Of a stretch of DNA of 64,000 bases, positions 19,148 to 27,229 are shown one piece after another. The position numbers were made by a program, and so were the translations under genes. Origin of the DNA: a virus. Under the pieces are notes generated by a model that was not told the DNA's origin, ran no database searches, and worked only from the letters and a program-made list of their open reading frames with translations. Numbering within the stretch: the first letter of the stretch is position 1; each line of letters begins with the position of its first letter. The stretch lies in IMG/VR virus record IMGVR_UViG_3300032516_000013, positions 1 through 64,000 of that record, one strand, 5' to 3'.

Positions 19148-20012
19148 TAACTTCTTTCAGTTCCTCTAATACTCCATCTGAAGAAATTAACTGCCCATAT
19201 CTCGGATAGAATACATTCCCAACTCTCTGGAGTCCGTTGCAAGCCTCTTCTAAACAATCGGCTACTTTTCCATCTTCTATAGCAATTGAAAAAGAACAAT
19301 CTTTCTCAAAGCTAACTCTTGCTTCAAAAATCAAACTTGTTCTACCATATTCGCTTTGATATCGAGCTCCCGCTAAACATTTACCTTCACCCAAACCTTT
19401 AGTTTGAAATTTCTCAATCATCATTTCCAAATGTCCAAGATCTTCCCCATATTCCTCTATGATATTTCCTAAATAACCCTCGAGCCATTCTTGAACAGAT
19501 TGTAATGGAATTATGGCTTGTGTGGTTGGTGTTATATTCTCTTTACATCCAAACATTGAAACCCACTTCTCAGCCACTTTCATTGCTGTTTGGATTTCCT
19601 TAGAATTTAGTTCTTCTACTATTTTTGATTTGAGTTCATCTTTCCGGCTTTCCAAGATCCCCTTACTATCTAAATAAATGCTGTCCTTCAATTTACTTTG
19701 TAAATCCAAATAAGTATCTTCATCTAAAGTTCCATCAAATATTTCTTGGAAGTTATCCCAATGCTCTCTAGGAACATCTATTTTAAGTTGATTTTCAAAA
19801 TTAACTGTTATATTATCATCACTTTCCTGTATTTCTAAATTCCATTTGTTTTTCTTCTTCTTAAGTTTCTTCATAGCAAATTGAACAGCTCCAACCTGTG
19901 TAGGAAGATAGGAAATGGCGTCCATTGTAGTTGCCGAATCAGCAGCGGGGGCTGCTCCTTCTTCATTTAACATTCCATCTTGTATATAAGCTGTTAAATC
20001 ATGATAATTCAT
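19116..20012 (-). CDS. Hypothetical acidic head-region protein
   Basis: ATG at 20012 (ATGA coupling); MLNEEGAAPA...KKLKKKK leader. Confidence 0.6.
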   Translation of the reverse strand: MNYHDLTAYIQDGMLNEEGAAPAADSATTMDAISYLPTQVGAVQFAMKKLKKKKNKWNLEIQESDDNITVNFENQLKIDVPREHWDNFQEIFDGTLDEDTYLDLQSKLKDSIYLDSKGILESRKDELKSKIVEELNSKEIQTAMKVAEKWVSMFGCKENITPTTQAIIPLQSVQEWLEGYLGNIIEEYGEDLGHLEMMIEKFQTKGLGEGKCLAGARYQSEYGRTSLIFEARVSFEKDCSFSIAIEDGKVADCLEEACNGLQRVGNVFYPRYGQLISSDGVLEELKEVIDDMGEQNET

Positions 20013-23000
20013 TTCTTCACCTTCTTCTTTGATTCCCAAGCTTCTTCAGGACCATAGGTAAGAACATAATCTAATTGATCAGAAGATTTAATTGTTCGAA
20101 GAATGGCTGTCTTTCCTCTAAGATCAACATAAATTTTTCGAACTTTGTGTTTTAAAGCTAAATTTATAAGAGAAGATTTTTGCTCTTTTGTTATTGGTTT
20201 TTCCCCTTCAATATTAAATTCAGAATCTATAATAGCTCCTCGAATCACCCCGTCTTCAAGCAGATTACCTGGACACACGCCGCCTACAATACGTAAGGTT
20301 TTATCGTGAGCGTAAATTACAGGAATTATGGTTCCATCTGTAAGAAGCCAAAATTTATACCACCTTTCGCCTGGGAAAGTGCTGGTTTTTAATTCTTTAG
20401 GTTCATCTTTGTAAAAACTTTTTACTTTTTGTTGAGATTTAGAAAGAGTTGCAACAGCTTCTTGAATAGATTCCTTCAAAAATTTCATATCCTTTATAAT
20501 ATTTGGAGAAGTATTATCTCCCCAATTCACCGATGCTTTTCCATCTTGAATCTTTTTAACAGCACAAACATCTCCTCTTCCATCTCCTTCAGTTGCCCAT
20601 TTCTTAAAATGTTTCATACAAAGCCAAGCACGTGCCCTTCCTTCAGCCCATAAACATTCAACTTCTGGCTTTGCTGAGCATTCCATGCATTTATCTCTTC
20701 TGTTCCTGGCTTCTTCTATTGATTCCTTTGCTTTCTTTTGATAGCTAGCCAAATTATCAAGAGTTTCTCTACCTCCTTCTATAAAGAATTTGGATAAATC
20801 CCCTCGTTGATGAACAACATTTAAAATTCTGTCAATAAATTGCAATTTCTCTTCTGGAGTTTCAGCTTCATAAAGAGATAAATTCAAAGGAGTTAATCCC
20901 TTCCAAGCATAATCGCTTAAAATATATTGTCCATCTTCATCAACAGACCAATCCAGAAACTGTTCTTCATCAATACCATTTTCTTTAAAAAACTCTGATG
21001 GATCATAAGAAGAATGTCCAGACAATTCAGTATTAACACCCAATCTCATAATAACATGATGTACTATATCAGCTAATTTATCAATGCCTTCTTCATCCCT
21101 AACAAATCCTAATTTAGCATAATCGTTCCATATTTTAATAACTCTTGCTGCTGGCATCACTGGCCAAGAATATGGATATTGAGTTTCTCCTTCTTCTCTA
21201 TCCAAAAAACTATTTACAATATAATATTCTTCTTCATTTTTTATTTCCCCCAAGGCCTGCATTGTTTCTTCACTAGCAAGATCACTAGTTTCTTGAATGG
21301 ATTCCTTTGCTTTCCTCTTTCCTAAAGCCTTGCCTAAACCAGCATATTTACCTGCTCTCTTAGCAGCCTTATCTTCTTCTCTCTTAATTACTTCCTCATA
21401 ATTCTTCTTCAGCCAATTTGCCATTGTACTTTTGTACCATGGCAAAGTCTTAAATAATGCCTGTATATGTTTACAAAATGCTCCATATTGTTTAGGATTT
21501 CGAATATCTGGAGATCTATTTTCTGGTTCGCCATATTTGGCTCGATATTTGTCCTGACTACGAATATAATGACCACCGTAGTAGAGATCTGCGGGGCAAT
21601 TATGTACGAAAATTCCAGCTGCTAAAGCAAAATTCTGATAATTTTCTACAGACAAATCATAAACGGGAATAGCTTCTTCCAAATCAATAAAATTGACAGA
21701 AACAACTCTATGATTATAAAATCTTCCTGTCTTTGAATCCCTTAAAACAGTTTCTTTCCTTATTTTTGCAATTCGCCTTCCTTGAGCTTTCCTCGCTTCC
21801 GGATGTGCTGCCCACCAAGATTTTTTCCTCTCACTTCGAGATTTACATTCTTCCTCAGAAGTTGCTCCTTGCATAGAGGCTACTATTTTTTCTCGATTTT
21901 CTAACCACTGTTTATTTGATCTTTCGGACAACCGTTTCTGACCCTCTTTGGAACGCATAAAATTAATTCCAGCAACAATAAAATTCGTCACCATTTCTGG
22001 ATGCTTTTCTTTGCATATTTTACTAGCTTTCCGATTTGACTCCCTCATTTTTTCTGACCATTCTGGATCTTCCCAAGCTCTTAAAATAGCTGCTGTTGCG
22101 TTTTGATGGTTTTTAGCGTGTAATTCCCAATGTTCTTGTATTTCCAACCACTGTAGATTTTCAGGGCAATCATTAAGAGAATTCATATTTTTATGATGAA
22201 CTACTAAAACTTTATCTTCTCCACCAACTTCTATTAATTTATCATTGTATTCTTTCTTCAACAAACTTTCTGCCACAACTCTATAAATTGTTTTCCAAAT
22301 GGGCCTTCCATCAGAACCTCTTCTCGAATTTAATACAACCTTATTATACCTTTGAGAAAATCTACTATTTGGTTCCGTTTGCTTAATATAACATGGCATC
22401 AAAGAATCCCCAGCAATTAATTGCTCTGCCTGTCTATAAGAACCATCTCTCATTCTAAATGGGTGCTCCGGCGTACATTTAACTTTTTCATCATTATCTA
22501 AAACAACTTCTACTAATTGATTGACATCTTTAGTTTTACCCAAACAAGTTGCTTTTGCAGGAACCAAATCCCCGTTCTCATCAGAAGCATAAACCCAAAA
22601 TGGTTTTTCTGTGCCGAACTCAGAAAGAATTTCTTCTATGGTCAAAATCCTACCATCTAACAAATAAATTTTCGTGTCGCCTGTCAAACATTCACATAAT
22701 AATTCAACATCCAACTTCTTGAACAATTGAGCAGCTGCTTTTTTCAAATCAACTTTAGTTTTAGCTTTGTTCCAATTCCTTCTATCTGCTACTACTCTTT
22801 GAACTTCTGGAACAACATTCTTCCAACGTAAAGTTACCTCATACCATTTGCCTTCTTCTGATCCACTATGAACTTTGAAGCTCCAGGTATCCTTTCCCAT
22901 ATCTGTCATTCGGAGACCGCCCTTTGCAATAATCCCTGGAACTTTGACAGAATTTGAAAAGAAGTCAGGAAATCGCATAGTGATGGATTTCTGCTTATTA

Positions 23001-23041
23001 GCAATTTGGCTGAGGGTAGCTTCAATTATTTCACGGAGCAT
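20009..23041 (-). CDS. Intein-containing polyprotein: SWIM-like Zn-finger domain plus three further modules separated by ESIxE linkers
   Basis: After splicing it reads LLCECPADLYYGGHY...AFCKH (CxC...CxH). Linkers are KESIQE, KESIEE and KESIQE. Confidence 0.75.
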   Translation of the reverse strand: MLREIIEATLSQIANKQKSITMRFPDFFSNSVKVPGIIAKGGLRMTDMGKDTWSFKVHSGSEEGKWYEVTLRWKNVVPEVQRVVADRRNWNKAKTKVDLKKAAAQLFKKLDVELLCECLTGDTKIYLLDGRILTIEEILSEFGTEKPFWVYASDENGDLVPAKATCLGKTKDVNQLVEVVLDNDEKVKCTPEHPFRMRDGSYRQAEQLIAGDSLMPCYIKQTEPNSRFSQRYNKVVLNSRRGSDGRPIWKTIYRVVAESLLKKEYNDKLIEVGGEDKVLVVHHKNMNSLNDCPENLQWLEIQEHWELHAKNHQNATAAILRAWEDPEWSEKMRESNRKASKICKEKHPEMVTNFIVAGINFMRSKEGQKRLSERSNKQWLENREKIVASMQGATSEEECKSRSERKKSWWAAHPEARKAQGRRIAKIRKETVLRDSKTGRFYNHRVVSVNFIDLEEAIPVYDLSVENYQNFALAAGIFVHNCPADLYYGGHYIRSQDKYRAKYGEPENRSPDIRNPKQYGAFCKHIQALFKTLPWYKSTMANWLKKNYEEVIKREEDKAAKRAGKYAGLGKALGKRKAKESIQETSDLASEETMQALGEIKNEEEYYIVNSFLDREEGETQYPYSWPVMPAARVIKIWNDYAKLGFVRDEEGIDKLADIVHHVIMRLGVNTELSGHSSYDPSEFFKENGIDEEQFLDWSVDEDGQYILSDYAWKGLTPLNLSLYEAETPEEKLQFIDRILNVVHQRGDLSKFFIEGGRETLDNLASYQKKAKESIEEARNRRDKCMECSAKPEVECLWAEGRARAWLCMKHFKKWATEGDGRGDVCAVKKIQDGKASVNWGDNTSPNIIKDMKFLKESIQEAVATLSKSQQKVKSFYKDEPKELKTSTFPGERWYKFWLLTDGTIIPVIYAHDKTLRIVGGVCPGNLLEDGVIRGAIIDSEFNIEGEKPITKEQKSSLINLALKHKVRKIYVDLRGKTAILRTIKSSDQLDYVLTYGPEEAWESKKKVKK
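21599..22690 (-). mobile_element. Intein (364 aa) with HNH homing endonuclease
   Basis: Block A CLTGDTKI, block B CTPEHPF, HNH VHHKNMNSLNDCPENL, C-terminal VYDLSVE..NFAL.AGIFVHN followed by +1 Cys. Confidence 0.92.
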
Positions 23042-23042
23042 A

Positions 23043-24134
23043 TTAATCTACCAAAGGAACTATAATATTTCTATGCTGCAAAAACTTCACAAGCAATTGA
23101 GTTCCAGAATTCAAATCATTCAGATTTATAATTTCTGTTGGAGAATGCGTATTCCTTAAAGGAATTCCCATAATCAGATTTCTAATTCCATTTCCTTCAC
23201 TACTTAAAGAAGTTGGTGTATATCCAACTTGTCCGGTTGCTGCTTGATATTGTATCCGGATCTTATTTGATCTGGCAACCAAATCCATTAGCTCTACATA
23301 GTTCTTATCAATATCCACTCCTTTGTACAAAACCAATCCCTTATTCAATTCACAACAACCTACTTCTGTTTCCATTTCTTCATCTGTTCCACAATCAGTT
23401 GCAAAAGTTACATCTAACTCGATAAACAAATCGGGGCGGTATTTTCTAATCAGTGGTTTACATTTTCCTCCTCCAGTTTCTTCTTGTCCTGAAAATGCAA
23501 ATATTAAAGTAGGAATTGGTTTTCTTTTTGATTTAATAATCTCTCTTATTGTCTCTAAAAGAATATAACAACCAGATCTATCATCAAAACCATAACCAGA
23601 AAAGTAACCTTCTGTTAAATGATTGAATGATGGTTTATAAACTAATGGATCCCCCACTGCTACTATAGATAAAACTTTTGATCTTTTTCGAACTCCTATA
23701 TCTATAATGGCATCTCTAATTTTCGTGATTTGGATCTCATCCTCATCCTCAACCAAATGTGAATGTTTTCGATTTACAACAGCATTTACATTCTTTCCTT
23801 TAGATGAGAGAATTACTAGATCTCTAGCACTTAATATTGAAGTATCACCTCCTCCAATATACTGAACGCTTATTAATCCTTCTCTATATCCATCTCTACT
23901 AACATTTGTTACTATAAAACCAATCTGATCTGTATGGGCATCAACCATGATAACTTTATCAGAAGTTCCTTTTATAATACCTACAACATTCTTTTGAAAA
24001 TCAATCTTAACACAAGAAGGGGGAAGATAGTCCAGCAATTCTTTCTTGATAAATTCAGCAATCTTCTCTTCAAAACCTGAAGGGCCAGGAATCTTAACTA
24101 GGTTCTCAAGAAGTTTAATTTGCTGGTTCTTCAT
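23043..24134 (-). CDS. M42 family (TET-like) aminopeptidase
   Basis: PGPSGFE, DAHTDQIG, DDRSG, QEETG, DVTFA and IPLRNTHSP metal-binding motifs. Confidence 0.9.
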   Translation of the reverse strand: MKNQQIKLLENLVKIPGPSGFEEKIAEFIKKELLDYLPPSCVKIDFQKNVVGIIKGTSDKVIMVDAHTDQIGFIVTNVSRDGYREGLISVQYIGGGDTSILSARDLVILSSKGKNVNAVVNRKHSHLVEDEDEIQITKIRDAIIDIGVRKRSKVLSIVAVGDPLVYKPSFNHLTEGYFSGYGFDDRSGCYILLETIREIIKSKRKPIPTLIFAFSGQEETGGGKCKPLIRKYRPDLFIELDVTFATDCGTDEEMETEVGCCELNKGLVLYKGVDIDKNYVELMDLVARSNKIRIQYQAATGQVGYTPTSLSSEGNGIRNLIMGIPLRNTHSPTEIINLNDLNSGTQLLVKFLQHRNIIVPLVD

Positions 24135-24411
24135 GTTTCCTCCAATGATTCTTCAAACCCTTTCCCCACAAATAGAAATAAACTGGATTAATCGCCAAAT
24201 AAAACCATTGTTGGTAATAACCCTCTATAATACACCATAACGGCAGCGTTACAAAGCCAATCAGATAACCCAATCTCTCTTTTCCTTTCCGGGCTAAGAG
24301 ATAAGCTGTGAGCAAACTGCAAGTGACCGTTAGAACTTGTAGAATTAGTCCTATTGGGTCTTTTGCTATGAACTGATACATGTATAGGATTACTCCCTCC
24401 AGGATCCGCAT
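24115..24411 (-). CDS. Small membrane protein (PnuC-like half)
   Basis: Three hydrophobic segments; G...G....PLW......QW......Y...W.KG..N.W pattern. Confidence 0.55.
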   Translation of the reverse strand: MRILEGVILYMYQFIAKDPIGLILQVLTVTCSLLTAYLLARKGKERLGYLIGFVTLPLWCIIEGYYQQWFYLAINPVYFYLWGKGLKNHWRKHEEPAN

Positions 24412-24452
24412 CAGATGGATTCTCCATTTTACTCATTTCCTTTCTTAATTGA

Positions 24453-25178
24453 CTACTGACGTTTAACGAAAGTAAGCCAACGGCCTTCCTGAGCTAATTT
24501 GATTTGCATCTCCTTCATCTCTTCCTTACCCTCGTTGTAAAGTTGCTGTCCGTCAATTCCATTTGGCAGAACCAAAGTTGCTGCTCTCAGTTGATGACCT
24601 TCAGCCTGCTTTACTAACGCTTTAATATAATACAACAACCACTCATTAATATGTTGACTAGTAATATCCTCATTAGGCAATATTCTCTTTGTTCCTACAA
24701 CATAAAAAGCAGATGTCCCAGAAGGAGCATTCCTAAAATATAAATATCCCCCTACTGTGGGATCATCATGATTTTCTTCCATATAATAACGAAAGTTTGC
24801 TCCAACATATATATTAAATGTCCGAAATGCTTCCGTTGCTAAAATCATATCGGTTCTGATATTATCCAAAACTGCGATACCTGCCAAAGACCAAGTAGGA
24901 AACTCGTTCCAAACCCAGTTAGCTGATTTGTTTGGATAAACTGTTGCTATTGACTTGAATGCTGCAGATAATTGCACTCTTGGCGGAACAGGGTTAGGAA
25001 TCATTTGGGAAATCTTATAAGCAGAATGTGTATTCCAATATCGAACAGCATTATCAATTAATTGATTAATTGTGCTATCAGGAATAGCCAAGATCCTATC
25101 CCCAAATTCGGCCTTTACCCACTCTCTGTATTTAGCCTTATTTACATCTGACAGAATTGTTAGTGGAATTATAGCCAT
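24453..25178 (-). CDS. Neck protein (gp13-like)
   Basis: WLLYY.KAL.K..EG..L...LPNG.DGQQLYNEGKEE signature. Confidence 0.8.
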   Translation of the reverse strand: MAIIPLTILSDVNKAKYREWVKAEFGDRILAIPDSTINQLIDNAVRYWNTHSAYKISQMIPNPVPPRVQLSAAFKSIATVYPNKSANWVWNEFPTWSLAGIAVLDNIRTDMILATEAFRTFNIYVGANFRYYMEENHDDPTVGGYLYFRNAPSGTSAFYVVGTKRILPNEDITSQHINEWLLYYIKALVKQAEGHQLRAATLVLPNGIDGQQLYNEGKEEMKEMQIKLAQEGRWLTFVKRQ

Positions 25179-25582
25179 TATTTATTCCCTCGAATTAAAA
25201 ATGAGGAAAGAGGCAATTCATTCCCGTTTTCATCCCGCAAAACTGGAATTGACACCTCAGAATAATCAACTTTGGGTAACAAAACTTTTGGAATAACAGG
25301 AACTACTTTTTTTATTTCTATAACAGGAATTTTTTCTTCAATCCTATTAACAGAAATAACAGGAGGTTCTTTTTTATTTAATAAAATAACAGGAATATTT
25401 TTGCATATTCCAGCGTCCGGAGGAACTCTTTTAATAACATGAATTCCAATCAATCCTTCAATAACAGCTTCACTTTTAAACCTTGCTTCAAAAATCTCTC
25501 CTTCAATAAGATCGCGAACTTCAACCCCTGTAATTAAAGTTTGATCCTTCAGTGAACATAGTCGTGCTTTTACAGGACCCAT
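25178..25582 (-). CDS. Hypothetical protein
   Basis: Open frame between the capsid terminator and the neck gene. Confidence 0.45.
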   Translation of the reverse strand: MGPVKARLCSLKDQTLITGVEVRDLIEGEIFEARFKSEAVIEGLIGIHVIKRVPPDAGICKNIPVILLNKKEPPVISVNRIEEKIPVIEIKKVVPVIPKVLLPKVDYSEVSIPVLRDENGNELPLSSFLIRGNK

Positions 25583-25604
25583 ATTTAATTTCTCTAGTTA
25601 ATAA

Positions 25605-25666
25605 TAAAAAAAGAGGAAGGCGAGATCCTCCTTGATCGATAAGCGATCCTTCTGCCTTCCTCTTTT
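25605..25666 (-). terminator. Intrinsic terminator after major capsid gene, with a large structured loop
   Basis: On the minus strand, AAAAGAGGAAGGC pairs with GCCTTCCTCTTTT and a T-tract follows. Confidence 0.75.
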
Positions 25667-25690
25667 ATTCGATCCCTCTTTACTTACTTG

Positions 25691-27199
25691 TTACGTACCA
25701 AGAACATAACCAGTCTGAAGATTGCTGATATCACCATAAGTAAACAAACCAGCATTGATCGTCTTGAACGCAGCCGAACTAAGAAAGCCCTTCTGGCTCA
25801 TCAGATCACTCGTGGTAAGAGTCGGAGTTGCAAACAGCGGAATATAAGGACAATAAATGAATCCCGCATGCAGATAATCCGGTCCTCTATAACCTAAGGT
25901 GTAACGGTTTGTTGACTTAAACGGGTTCTGAATAACCGTGACTTGATCATTCAACACACCAATCTTAATCGGACCAGTCGCAGCAAGTTTATTCAGTCCA
26001 GCAACAGGAGCAAAATAATCCTTACCAAGCTGCTTGATAACTCTTGCCACGTTGTTTCCGCAAACCATAAACGTCGCAATACCTCTCTTGGTCTTCGCAA
26101 AGATTGCATTTGAACCCTGCTCAATACGATCCAGGAACTCTACCTTTTTGTGGAACCAAGCCTCACCCTGTGAAGGACGAGCATCCCAAGTCGTAACCGT
26201 ATCCGCAGCATCTACACCCTCAGCTGCCTCATCAATCATGTCCAAACCCTTCTGGTCAATCGTGAAACGAATCTCACCACCAAGGAAAGTAGTAAGTTCA
26301 CTCTCAAGATCAAGACCATGAGCCTTCTGCAGATCAAACTGAGCACCAAGCGACCACTTTGCTCTCAGCGGGAAGTCTATTGCCTCAACAGCACTTTGAG
26401 AAAGAGTAATGTTCATCTCTGGCACACCGTCTCGATTCCCATTAGCATCAGTAGGAAGATCATATTGATAATCATAGGAAAGCAGAATCGTAGCAGCAGA
26501 ACTTACTCCAACAGTTGTAAAGGAATAAACACCATCAGCAGCAATTGAACCAGAACCAGTAATACCAGCACCAGTAACAACTCCGTTAGCATTAGAAGTA
26601 CCCAACGTAGCATATGTGCTGCCAGTCTTACTCTCAACCTTCACGTTCTCCAGATTAATCAAACCAGGAGCCGTCGAAGTTGTACCACTCTTTACACCAT
26701 TACCAGCACCAACATTCTCTCGCTCAACACGTGCGATGGCGTACCGACGCTCAGACTGACCAGTGTGATGACCAGTCTTTGCACCAATCATGGTCTCGCC
26801 ACTAGTTGCCTCACCCTTTGCTGTTCCATACAACACATCCAGATAGAACACAGCCGCAATTCTTCGGTCAATAGCCTGAACAATCGCAACCTCATTCAAC
26901 ACCAGTGAAGGCAGCAAAGCTGAAATCACAGGCAGCTGAATACCTAAGAAGGAAATACTGTCTTCGGTCGTAGCTTCAAACAAATGAGAGTTCTGCTTAC
27001 AACCAGCTTCCAAAATAGCATTGTAAAGACATTGAGCAACATTCCGCTTCTCATACATCGTGATGGGACGACCTTGGGTCTTCTCAACCCACTTACTTAC
27101 TGAACGAACGAAGGGCCGAATCTTAGGATGATTCATCAGAGCGTCCCTTTGCTCCTGCACCTTCTTCATTTCGTTCTGAATAACCTCGTTCATGTTCAT
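25691..27199 (-). CDS. Major capsid protein (T4 gp23-like)
   Basis: LRAKWS...QFDL...HGLD.ESEL...L..EI..EID-like segment; TKRG.A.F; GFIYCPYIPL. LFE/A is a probable maturation site. Confidence 0.95.
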   Translation of the reverse strand: MNMNEVIQNEMKKVQEQRDALMNHPKIRPFVRSVSKWVEKTQGRPITMYEKRNVAQCLYNAILEAGCKQNSHLFEATTEDSISFLGIQLPVISALLPSLVLNEVAIVQAIDRRIAAVFYLDVLYGTAKGEATSGETMIGAKTGHHTGQSERRYAIARVERENVGAGNGVKSGTTSTAPGLINLENVKVESKTGSTYATLGTSNANGVVTGAGITGSGSIAADGVYSFTTVGVSSAATILLSYDYQYDLPTDANGNRDGVPEMNITLSQSAVEAIDFPLRAKWSLGAQFDLQKAHGLDLESELTTFLGGEIRFTIDQKGLDMIDEAAEGVDAADTVTTWDARPSQGEAWFHKKVEFLDRIEQGSNAIFAKTKRGIATFMVCGNNVARVIKQLGKDYFAPVAGLNKLAATGPIKIGVLNDQVTVIQNPFKSTNRYTLGYRGPDYLHAGFIYCPYIPLFATPTLTTSDLMSQKGFLSSAAFKTINAGLFTYGDISNLQTGYVLGT

Positions 27200-27229
27200 A
27201 AAAATAATCTCCTTATTTTCACAATAAAC

